A stretch of DNA of 64,000 bases, taken from positions 62,912,492 to 62,976,491 of the forward strand of contig NC_068981.1 in the NCBI RefSeq assembly GCF_001194135.2. Reading direction: 5' to 3'. The notes under the pieces are model-generated. The model saw only the letters and a list, made by a program, of their open reading frames with translations. It was not told the origin of the DNA and searched no databases. Source of the stretch: Octopus bimaculoides (taxonomy: Eukaryota). Every line of letters begins with the position of its first letter. Position 1 is the stretch's first letter. Both the position numbers and the translations under genes were made by a program. Below are positions 50,108-62,562 of the stretch, piece after piece.

Positions 50108-52238
50108 TTACGTCTTCTCAAGTACGGTATACTGCCAAAAGAAGATGATGAATGTACTGGATGGAGATGACATACATATAATTCTGAGCGATAAAAAAGG
50201 AGGGAAGAGTAAAGAGATAGGAGGTTTTTTGAGCCAGGCGTTGTACAGAGTTGGTAAGAGACACCTTGCTAACAAGACAAATAGCTTTCTTTTCAGTGTG
50301 TTCTAGAGATGTTTGAGTACGTAACAACAGCATCATTCCAAATGTGAATAGTACTCCAATGAACAGCGAATGAGGGAACTTTTCTTTGTGGTCAGTCAGG
50401 CGATTAGGAATAGCGGCCAACTTTTCTATAAATGACACAACACAGTCTCAAAAACAGAGAAGACATATTAGAAAACACAGTGCTAGAAGCCTATTTAAAA
50501 TATCGGACGATCACAGATGGAATGCTGTTGAACATAGGTCTGTGCTCAACTAGGCTTCATCTGAACATATGTGTTTATATATATACATATGTTGGATATA
50601 AAGATTACCTTCTGGTATTAATACTGCTTCCATTGCTAATAATTAATATGTATGTATGTATAGCTTATTGAAACTAAATGTTTACCTTGCAACTCAAGTT
50701 TCATGCCACAGCAATCTTCAAGCAAGAACTGTCAAAATTCAGTTTAAGAAAATGTTACATACGCTGGTGAGAATGCTCTATCTTGCTTGCATCTGTTCAT
50801 TGGTTTACTGTTCTCATTTCTGATCGGCTGTTATTTTTCTCTCTTGACATTGATAAAGTTTATCGGGTGTGGTGATAACCAATGAAAAAGCAGAAAATAA
50901 TAACCTATTACCAAAATAACGAACACACGCGAGACTGCACCTATACCAACGAATATAAATATAGCACCAAAGTGAGTTGTAACAGCCCTTGCTGAAGAGC
51001 ACAGTGGTGTGAAATTTGAGTCGCCAAATGAACATCTACTACATGTACTGAGCACTTTCCTTTCATTAGTTCAATGCATTCAACGTGTGTGTGTGGACCT
51101 GGTTATTCTGGTGCTTTTGACCTTCAAATTGAACAACTGTACAACAGTGAAGGAAATTTTACAGCCCATCCAACAGGCTTACAACCATTTTCAGTTTACC
51201 TGATTTCACTCATGAGATCTGGCTTTATCCAAGGCTAAGATGGGAAAAAAAAACTTGTGCAGTGGAACTGAACCTGAAATGAACCACTTGGAAATATACC
51301 TTCATGCACATATATTCTAATACACACATGCACACACACAAAGACAGACAGACAATGAGAAGATGGAAAAGATGAACACAAGGCAAGTAAGTACTGGCAA
51401 AGTTTGCATTCTGTCTCTTGTTTTGGTTTTTATTACAGCTATTTACAGACATTTTCACAGATTTTAATATTTTACAGTGATTCTCTTCAATATGAAAGAT
51501 TGAAGTAAACAAAGAAGAAAAATAATCTATACAAATCTGAAAGCAAAGAAAAACAAAATCCACCTAATTACACAAAATGGGGGCAAAAGTATTGGTAATG
51601 ACCTGTTAAATTTATAATATAGCCACCTTCTTGGAGGGGATCATGATAGGTCATAAATGTTTTGTTTTATTTGGGGTTTTTGGGGGGTTTTTTTTGTTAC
51701 GGTTTTTAATAACAACCATATAAGAACTTGGTTGAATAGTAGATGTTGATAACAGTCTTTGTGGTTGTCAATAAAGCCCCAGTTAGGTAGTTGTACATGA
51801 ATGGGATAGCAGTTCAGTAGTCTGCTAATTGTAGCCTGGATGGGTCATCAATCTTCAGTAGGTTAATATACACTCTCATCAGGTTGGGTCACAGAGGTTA
51901 ATAACAACTCTGTAGTTAATAGACTCTTTTTGGGGTTGTTCATGGTAACAATAGCTTTTGTACAGTCTTTGAAAGAATCAGGTTAGGTTGTTGTTGTTCT
52001 GAAGTTTGTTAATAGCCAATTGGTTGAAACAAAGAGGTTCAACAATACAGCTACGTTTGGTCACAAATCTTGAAAACAATCAATTTGATTGTTCATATAG
52101 TTATGCATGGTTGGATCTCAATAATAAAGATAATGATTATCACATCAACGTTTATAAGAGACTGTAAATGTCAAATCACTGGATGTTTTGGAGAAAGTTG
52201 GCAAAAAGGTTCATCAATAGAAACTGTATCCATTAGTG

Positions 52239-52312
52239 CAGGGGTTCCCAAGCAAACAGACCTTGGACCAGTGCTAGGTCGTGGATCATATGGTACCGGG
52301 CTTCACAGAAAT
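52239..52312 (+). mobile_element. hAT/Charlie (MER1-like) terminal fragment
   Basis: caggggttccca...ggaccagtgctaggtcgtgg...ggtaccgggcttcacag resembles the MER1-type terminus. Confidence 0.55.
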
Positions 52313-52389
52313 AGATTTTAAAATTTAATTTCTATTTTATTGACTATTGCAGTCTTCAGGGTAATTTTGTATTGCATATGTATTATATG

Positions 52390-52435
<46 letters not shown>

Positions 52436-53123
52436 AGTAAATAATATATTTATGCACTTTTTTGTGTTTTTTGTTATGTATGTGATCCCGCCAGTCTGTT
52501 GAAAAATAGACTTGCAAGTAACCAGTCCATTGTGCAAGAAAATGTTGGGCACTGCTGTGCTAGTGGATAAAATTACATAATAAAGATCAATAGCACAAAA
52601 ACTTATGAATGATAGAAGCTCCTTACAAGTGGTAAGCAGTCTGATTTGTGTTTTACTTCAAAAGAAAGAAAGGAAAAAAAAAAGGCTAATAAAATTCTGT
52701 CAATGACAACGATATTTCAAAAGAGATAACTGATTCCCTAAATAGATGCAAGGCCACACATTAGAAAATGAGAGGAAAAAAGAATGGGATGACAGAGGTA
52801 GAACCATGATGTGTGGTCTTTCTCAAGACCACTACAGACAGTAACATCAACTGGTTCAAACCAGAAATTGAATCTCAGACAAGCCCACAACTTAGACACA
52901 CACACACACACACACACATAGCCACATGCACACACACAAATATATGCATGAAATTAAGTGAACAATTTTGATATAATCACAGAGAATGCATAAATTTGCA
53001 AATGTGTACAGAAAATTACAACACAAGAAAAAAGTCATAATGCATATTACCATACATATACACATTCTCAATTTTATGCAAAAAAAAAAAAAATCACAGC
53101 ATATATATATATATATATATATA

Positions 53124-53374
53124 TCGTCGTCGTCGTTTAACGTCCGCTTTCCATGCTAGCATGGGTTGGACGATTTGACTGAGGACTGGTGAAACCAGAT
53201 GGCTACACCAGGCTCCAATCTGATTTGGCAGAGTTTCTACAGCTGGATGCCCTTCCTAACGCCAACCACTCAGAGAGTGTAGTGGGTGCTTTTACATGTC
53301 ACCCGCACGAAGGCCAGTCAGGCGGTACTGGCAACGGCCACACTCAAAATGGTGCATTTCATGTGCCACCCGCA

Positions 53375-53413
<39 letters not shown>

Positions 53414-53471
53414 TGTGTTGCCCGCACATGAGCCAGTCCAGGGGAACCAGCAACGATCTCGCTCGAAAATC

Positions 53472-53473
<2 letters not shown>
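53124..53473 (-). mobile_element. 5'-truncated RTE 3' end, near-identical to about 62575-62920
   Basis: Direct sequence match aacgtccgctttccatgctagcatgggttggacgatttgactgagg... Confidence 0.9.
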
Positions 53474-53518
<45 letters not shown>

Positions 53519-54124
53519 CATGCATATATACACAAACACACTCACACATACAGCCATATGTGCACGTATCCACAAATAAAATTTACAGAAATTTTAATGG
53601 CTGTTTTAACGCAAACCTCTTCTCTCCATTTAGAAAAAACAAGTTAACATATCTAAAATTGAAAAATTTTAGGTCCAAATTTTTGATAATTGAAGGCAAT
53701 CAACAAGTAATAAAAAAAATTGTTAATTGGAAATTTGGTGATTAAAATCGGGTGGAGGGAAAATATGAGCATTCACATATATACATACAATTAAAAACAT
53801 GTAAGCATACATAAAGATACATGAACAAAAGGATGCAAAAATATGTATGCACACACATGCCTACATATGTATGCATAAAAATGCAAACATACATTACATA
53901 CACATGTATGCATATTGATGTTTTTTCCCTTTCATCTTTTACTGGTTCTAATTATTGGACTGCAGCCATGATAGGGCACCACCTTCAATTGATTATAGCA
54001 ACCCTAGTACTTATTTCAGGCTGCTTATTTCATCATTGTATGTTTTACTGACTGGCTAAACTACCATCTTGGCTAAACACTAACTTTCTTTAACTGGCAG
54101 TGTTGTGCAAAAAACACAAACATG

Positions 54125-54172
<48 letters not shown>

Positions 54173-54734
54173 NNNNNNNNNNNNNNNNNNNNNNNNNNNN
54201 NNNNNNNNNNNNNNNNNNNNNNNNNNNNNNNNNNNNNNNNNNNNNNNNNNNNNNNNNNNNNNNNNNNNNNNNNNNNNNNNNNNNNNNNNNNNNNNNNNNN
54301 NNNNNNNNNNNNNNNNNNNNNNNNNNNNNNNNNNNNNNNNNNNNNNNNNNNNNNNNNNNNNNNNNNNNNNNNNNNNNNNNNNNNNNNNNNNNNNNNNNNN
54401 NNNNNNNNNNNNNNNNNNNNNNNNNNNNNNNNNNNNNNNNNNNNNNNNNNNNNNNNNNNNNNNNNNNNNNNNNNNNNNNNNNNNNNNNNNNNNNNNNNNN
54501 NNNNNNNNNNNNNNNNNNNNNNNNNNNNNNNNNNNNNNNNNNNNNNNNNNNNNNNNNNNNNNNNNNNNNNNNNNNNNNNNNNNNNNNNNNNNNNNNNNNN
54601 NNNNNNNNNNNNNTTATTTTTTGTTTTGTTGTTTTTTTATTTGTGATACCAGTTGTCAGGTTAAAGAACTCCCAGAGAGGGAGAACAAGGAAAAAGGTGG
54701 CAGCTTCAAATGAGGGGGCTGAACAGTTAAACTA

Positions 54735-54779
<45 letters not shown>

Positions 54780-55263
54780 GTTACATACACACACACACAC
54801 ATAGAGGGAGGGAGAGAGAGAGAGTACACGTTTATACATTTACATAAACGACACATATACAATGACATCCATGTCTGCATATTGTGCATGCATTTATGCA
54901 TAATTTACTCTTGTCAATATACAAATAAACAAGTCCTGTTTCTAAGCTAAAACCCAGCTCTTTCACCATTGGTGAGAAATCTGAAAAATAAAACCTGAAA
55001 TACATACATATTCACATACATACGCACAAACATTCACACATATATACATACACACACACACACACAAGCACACATACACACCCTTCGGCACAAACCTGCC
55101 TGCATGCCCACACATAGACACAAGAAAGGCTTCTCAATATTTTGTTGACCAACTTCCATTCCTAAGTGAAGCCAGGGTTACAGTAAAAGACACTTATACA
55201 ATATATTGCACAGTGAGAATAAACCTAGAGCCCAATGGTTGGGAAGTATACTTCTTAACTACA

Positions 55264-55301
<38 letters not shown>

Positions 55302-55689
55302 TTTACATACTCATACATACACGTGAACATTTTCAGAGTAAAATCTGAGACTATGGTGAAATTGGAACAACTGCTCAGTGAAAGAGTCATTTTAGCCAAC
55401 GATAAAGACACAAAAACTGTTCCAGTTAACTTTCCTTATTTCCTGAAATTATTGACTACGAAGGCAGTAAACTGACAGGATTGTTACTGCATCAGACAAA
55501 ATGCATTGTAACATTTCTTGCAGTGCTTAAACACTTGTTTCTGTCTTTTTATCATACTTTAACCTCTTAACACCTGGCACAAAACCACCTCTCTCAATAA
55601 TGCACTCTAAGTCTATCAAGGAGTCTCGTCTTGTAACGTACACGATAACCTCAATAGTGCTACTGCCACAAAAAAGCACCCTTACACAT

Positions 55690-55845
55690 AGTTAAGTGGT
55701 TGGCATTAGGAAGGGCATCCAGCCATAGAAACCTTGCCAAAGCAGACACTGAAGCCCAATGCAGTCCTCTGGCTCATCAGATCCTATCAAACCATTGAAC
55801 CCATGCTAGCATGAGTTATAGACATTAGATGATGATGATGATTAC
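55690..55845 (+). mobile_element. RTE-related 3' end fragment, CpG-decayed
   Basis: ggttggcattaggaagggcatccagcc...aacccatgctagcatg...gatgatgat. Confidence 0.75.
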
Positions 55846-57671
55846 AATGATGTTTTTAGCTCAGGCTCCAGTGTAGTTGCCATAAAAACAAAACACTAGG
55901 TATTTTACTTTTCAGACACTAATAGACCCTTCCTCTAATTGGATCACAAGGCTCTTTCAACTTTTGATAGCAACAAACATTGTTTTATGTAATAACATTT
56001 CTTTTCAGTGTTAAGCACACTTGGATCAGCCTTTAACAATGGCTTCTCTGGTGCTGTTTATTTTCTAAGTCGAAACATTAAATGTGGAAAGAATATCTAG
56101 TACTTAGGTGATACACAAGACAGATGACAATACTACTTAGCAAAAGTTACAAAATGGTTAAAAGATTAAATGATTCAGGTGCAAAAATAGCTTTAAAATT
56201 AATTTATACCTACAAGCTTACAGGCATAGCTGTATGGCTTAAGGAGTTCACTTTGGAATCCTAAGGTGAGGGGTTCAGCACTTTTGCAGGGACACTGTCA
56301 GCAGGTGACCTCTCCTACAGCCCTAGCTGACTAATATCTTGTGTGTGAAATTTGACAGACAGAAACTGGAACAAGCATGTCATTCATGCATACATACATA
56401 CATACATATATACATACATATATCACGTGATTGACCAGACTCTTGTATGTTGTTACACATTGATGGTCATAATATGCTTTGCATCATTTTAGCTTTCAAA
56501 TGATGCCCCCCTGCTGGTTATGCAAGCAGGCCAACATTCCCCTGATCAGAAGGCTATTCCATCATAGGGTGACCCATTTACAGCTGACTGGACTGGAGCA
56601 ACCTAAACTGAAGTCTTTGGTTCAAGAACACAAAGTACCACCCAGTACCCACAATCTAGCAATCAGAAGTGCAACACCCTAACCACTAGGCCACGCACCT
56701 TCACATAAATCTGTATGAGTGTTTGTGTGCATCTGTGTTTGTATGAGTGATTAAGCACAGATTTCCCTTCATCTTGACATGTGTGGACTGATTGTAAACA
56801 AAAAATTCACCATTCATACAGTGTCATTGTTCGCAGTCCACTGTGAAAGCATGTCTAGGCTTTTTGACCTTACTGCACTGATTGTAAATAAAGCATATCA
56901 CCATTCATACAAATTGTTGTTTATTTGTAGTACTCAATAACAGCTTGTCCAGGCTGTTTGTTGTTTAATAGATTGGGGATTACTTTGCATGGAAATAGCT
57001 AAATGTTGGCACCAGAAAGGGCATCCAGCCATTGAAATAACTGCCTCAAAGAAGTCATGTCTCAAGCATGCAAGCATGGGAAAATAGACATTAGAACAAC
57101 GATGGTGCTCAATGACGCAGGACTTGGACATCCCACATTTTTTCCACATCCCTCTTACTTGCACACAACATATCATGCAAATTGCAAATACAAGACATCT
57201 GCCAAAAACTTGACAATCTCCAAATACAAACTGAACAGATTATTAAATGTTTCCCACTTTCTTTGATTTAATCCCAAGATCTGAAAAAGCAGAAGGAACA
57301 TTACATTAAATGTCTCTTTATGTTTAAGCTGCCATGTTGGCCAGTAAAATAGCCAAACAAAAAGGTTCTTGTCAAAATTATACTGTGAGCTGTGTGATGA
57401 AGCCTGTGGTTTTGCCAGGGTTGCTTGCATGCTCCAAAACACTAAAGACTCAGTTTTTGTACAAGGAATTCCAGACTCACCAAAAAGCTCAGGTAATGTA
57501 TAGTTCGATTCCTGGCTTTCTTTTTTGGCTCTAATCTTTTAACTCTATGGTAATATAATAAAAGAGCATATAATTGAATCACCAATTTCCATTTATAGAT
57601 GCAAAAATAAAATTTAAACCTTAAACTAAATGAAAACAAAAGCATAAAATATTTTAAAAGACAAAAATCTT

Positions 57672-59014
57672 AATAACAAGTGATAGAAATTTTTAGACAA
57701 TATGGACAAAGCAGATTGGAGAGAATCTGATCTAACTGATTAAAAGCAAGACATGTTTATGTCTTATAAGACTTCCTCTTTATAAAAAATGCTTTCCTCT
57801 AAGCATGTGCTCAATGTATGTTTGAAGAGATGACATCTTTCAAATGTATAGAGATATTATAAAGACCTTTATATATTTTTTTTAATTTAAAAAATAAAGT
57901 ACAAAGCAATCTGAGAGACCCCTCTGGCTCTCTATTTCTTACCAGTAACTGCCAATCTCAAACCCACTTGCATAAATTATATTGAACACAATATAATAAC
58001 CTTAAATTAGAAGGAAAATTAACCCTAAGACCAAAAGATAAAGAGTTTGGCTTAAAGCACAAATTTTAAATGCCTAATTGCCCTACAAGACAAAAGTATA
58101 GCGGTATAAACATTAGTTAAACATCACAGTTTATCTTGTGTGCAAGTGTTCAATACGTTTTTGCTGTTTAGCATTTCATACTTTACATTTAATGTTTAAC
58201 TCAAGTCAACCTTTATTGATTAAAATTTACGACCAAAAGCATTCCAACTATTGCAATCCTATTTTTTGTCTCTTTTTCCTCCCCAAGTGTATCTTGGAGT
58301 ACAATATCCAATGTGTCCTCCAGATTGTTTAACATGGTAAGGGGATTTGATTTGCGGGTTATTTGACAGTTGCTTCTAGCAAACTGGGTGACTCTACTCA
58401 ATGTCTCATTGGATTCATCGAGAAAGTGTATAATAATATACGAATCTGTCTCACACACACACACACACACACACAGAGTAATACAAGGAAACACACACAC
58501 AAGATGATTATGTTTAGGTGTTTTTAGCAACTCAATGAACTTGTTTTCTGTTCTTTTCTTTGAAGAAAGAGAAGAGAGATGAGATGCACAGACAAACAGG
58601 GAAGGGAAATTGGACTGGACAAAAGAATTGTAGGCACACAGTTATATGTAATATGAGAAAGGATATATATATATATATATATATATGCTGAAAGCAAATT
58701 GCATGTGCACATAATCACAAATGTGATTAAATGTATGCATTCATGTGTGTGTGTGTGATTGTGTGTATGTGTGTGTAGTAGTAGTAGTCGATTCTCTCAT
58801 ATGTAATAAATTTAGCTGAACAACTGCTCAACTAAGATTATCCAAGCAATTAGTAAACAAAACTATAGGAGCATTTAACTTCTGAAAAGAAGCAAGGGAG
58901 ATAATCTCAATAACAAGTGATAGAAATTTTTAGACAATATGGACAAAGCAAATTGGAGAGAATCTGATCTAACTGATTAAAGCAAGACATGTTTATGTCT
59001 TATAAGACTTCCTC
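57672..59014. repeat. About 107-bp direct repeat pair (57672-57778 and 58909-59014)
   Basis: Copies differ by one substitution and one 1-nt indel by eye. Confidence 0.9.
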
Positions 59015-59367
59015 AATGAAGCGTATTTTACTTGGGTGACAAGACAACAAAGTGGTTAATATAGACATAGATAAATAAAGGGAATGTAGTAATGCTGATT
59101 ATGAATATCAACAATTTGATTGAGGGGAGAATTCAGGAAATCATTCTGCACACTTTAAGACCAAATTTCCAGTATGATAGTCTCTCACACAAGCAATTAG
59201 AGTTGAAAATGTTTAATCACCAGATTTTGTTGGACTTATCTCCCTTCCATGTTATTTTCACATTTTTTTAAACATCTGAGGGAGTTTTTTCTCTAATTGC
59301 TTGAATGACCATAGCAGATCAAAGCTTTTAAAATGCATTTATATTCAGTATGCTGCCAAAGGGAATT

Positions 59368-59403
<36 letters not shown>

Positions 59404-59414
59404 GNNNNNNNNNN

Positions 59415-59462
<48 letters not shown>

Positions 59463-59669
59463 AGGAGGGAGAAGGAGGGAGAGAGCTAGAAGCACACACA
59501 TGCAGACATACATGCACACACTACATGCACAAGACGAATGTAAATGTTATTGATCTCAACACTGGTGCAATAAAGTACTGCTCAAGGCTTTCATGACCAA
59601 CAGCATACATACAAGAGATTGTTATTGTTGACTTCAGAGAGTGGGAAAATGAGGTGCAACATTTATCAT

Positions 59670-59710
<41 letters not shown>

Positions 59711-60392
59711 TTTGCATCTTTTAATCCTTCACAAGCCATCATACTTTAGCTGTATGCTGGAGCATCGCCTTCAATTGCACAGTCAATCACATCAACCACA
59801 GTTCTCGTAGACTGGTTCACTTTATCAGTCTTGGAGGGGAGAAAGGTAATTTGATCTGGGCAGGATTTGGACACAGAGCATAAAGGAATATAGATAGCCA
59901 AACATTTCATTGAATCTGCTAATGCACCACTCCTTTAAAAAATAACATAGAATGCTTCGTTTGCATGTCATCCCTGTGTGGGTGCCAGTCTAATCTTCTT
60001 TGCATCATTCCAATGTATACATATATATATGGTATGAAAGTGTGTTAGCTGTATATAGAGTTTAAGGTTCTCTTCTTGCAGAAAAGCGTAATTTTCTTAA
60101 CAATAGTATTTGACATTACAGATAAATAATTTATACAGCCTTACTATATCGATTCTCTGAGCAGAACCAAGATAAAAAATATATATATATAAAAAAAAAG
60201 ATGTATATAAAAAAAAAAAAAAACAGAACTGTGGCTGGGTAGGGAAATTTGGATTAAATGGAAAGAGAATGTAGCTCAAGTTTTTTATATTATTTTTTTT
60301 TTAATTTTGTGTATTTCATTTTCTTATTTAAACAAAAAAAATTCTNNNNNNNNNNNNNNNNNNNNNNNNNNNNNNNNNNNNNNNNNNNNNNN

Positions 60393-60437
<45 letters not shown>

Positions 60438-61123
60438 GTATTCCATCCTTTTTCATTTTTAGTTTTAATACATGAACATTTTTTTTTTCTTAAATAGTAG
60501 TGTTATAACTTCTGCTAAGTCATTGTATTGTTATCATCTTCTGCATCATCATCATCATCATCATCATCATCACAGGCAAAAATAGTTAAACATCATTTAA
60601 ATTAAACACCAGTTTGATAACTTTTTTTTCATGTTCATCATTGTTTAACTTAAGTTATATCTCAGTTATCATTATTTATGCATGATCATTGTCAACTTTG
60701 AATTCAATGGGATTTTTTTGTTTTTGTTTTTGCTTTTCATTTGCTGTTTGTTTTGAATCTTCGCATCAAGGAAGGTTGTCAATGTGTTGTCCATGAAACA
60801 GTGAGACCTCGTTCAAAACGAACAAGGGTCCCCTCCAACCAACAGACACATCACTGAAAGGTGTTCTTTATTTCCTTTTTTTTTTTTTTTAATATCTCTT
60901 CTCTTTGTATATTTTTTTCTTTTTTTTTCTTTTTCCCCCATTGTTCATTTCTTTTGTGCTGTTTTTATTTATATATATATATATATATATAATTTTTTGT
61001 TTTGTATTATTTTGTGTTTCTGTTACTTCCTTCTTAAGTTCGTTTCTTCACATTTAAACAGTTGTTTACCTTACCTCGTTCTTCTGTCGAAACACTCACA
61101 CCCACAGACACCCAGGGTTTGGC

Positions 61124-61394
61124 TCACACTTGTCGCTGCTGCTGCTGCTGCTGTAAGCCAGCCGCCTCTGGATGAATCTGCAAGAGTGGGCCACCAGGCA
61201 TAGCAAGATCAGCTGGCATGTCTGCCAGATCATGCATGGCTGGTTGTGCTGCTGCTGCTTCACCCTCAACAAGTGGCTGCTGACCTTGCTGCTGGTTTGG
61301 TAAATATGTCATGCTTGATGGTGAAGCCCCACTACTGGGAGTGGTGAAGTTCTTCTTTGGCTCGTAATTCACTAGGCGTTGCCCAACCAAATAT
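61124..61394 (-). CDS. MARCHF6: E3 ubiquitin ligase MARCH6 (TEB4/Doa10 family), last coding exon, 5'-partial
   Basis: Minus-strand tttcag acceptor followed by YLVGQRLVNYE, which I recognise as the conserved MARCH6 C-terminal motif (..KNDKYLVGQRLVNYERK..). A Q/A-rich tail and TGA follow. Only this motif supports the call. Confidence 0.8.
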
Positions 61395-61539
61395 CTGAAA
61401 GTTAATGTAATATACAAAGGTTAAAGAAACATGACTAAAACCCCGATTTATTCTAACAAAAAATTAGGGGAGGGTGGTGGAATGGCTGTTTTTGCTTCTT
61501 GTTATCCTTTTGCGTCTTTGAGCATTTAAATCTTACCAC

Positions 61540-62160
61540 ACACAAACAAACATGCACCTGCATGCACACAAATAAAATCACCTACATACATACATACATA
61601 CATATACCTGCATGTACACAAACACACATGCATCAGCATAGACATGCATGCACTTGCATAGATACAAGTGCATATGCGTTTGGCTACAAGCATGCACCTG
61701 CATGCACATGCAAACACGCATCAGCATACATACAGGCATATATGCACCTTCATACATACAAGTATATATGTACCTGCATACATAGACATACGTGCACACA
61801 AAAATGCAACATCATACAAATATGCACTTGCTTACAGATATACATGCACCTGCATGCACACACAAACACATGCACCAGCATACATACATCCACCTGTATA
61901 CAGACAAACATGCACCTGAGTAGACATTCATGCATCTACATGCATACACACAAACACATACACCAGCATAAATGTAAATGTACACATATATGTATCTGTA
62001 TGCACACAAACATACATGCACCCACATAAACACAAATACACACTCCAGCATACATACAGGCATACACACAAACATAGATGCACCAGCATACATATAGGCA
62101 TAAATGTGACTGTATACAAGCACAAACATACATGCACATACATACACACAAATGCATGTA
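61540..62160. repeat. Degenerate (CA)/(CATA)/tgcacc low-complexity satellite
   Basis: Recurrent acatgcacc(t/a)gcatacac units. Confidence 0.8.
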
Positions 62161-62562
62161 ACATATCAATTATAGCTCTCATCATTTCACTATTTCTTTT
62201 TTTAATTTCCATCACCAGGAATAACAAATGACTGCAACAATGACAAGCATTGCAATAACAAATACCACTACAACAAAGATTATGAAGAGGACAACCAGAA
62301 GGCTGACAACAAAGACAAGAGTCAAATAGGATGACAACATAAACCACAACAATAGTATAAACTGCTTGTTTATAGAACGTTCCTTTGAAGGATATTCTGG
62401 CAGCCTTAAACACTGTCTTCAACACTTCACCAAAAAGGTTCAATAAGATCGAAACATGTCTACTTCTCTTAAGTTGAATTTAAAGGCCAGTCCACTCCAT
62501 CTACATGGTCTATATCTGCAAATTTGCATAACCTAAAATTATTGGAGTTACCTCCCTTCGTG

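Noticed and set aside
52070-52321. RT motif-like ISAGVPKQTDLGPVL
   Set aside because: Better explained at DNA level as a hAT/MER1-like terminus (caggggttccca...).
61499-62443. Multiple Cys/His/Met-rich ORFs
   Set aside because: Translations of a degenerate CA-rich satellite; no MARCH6 similarity.
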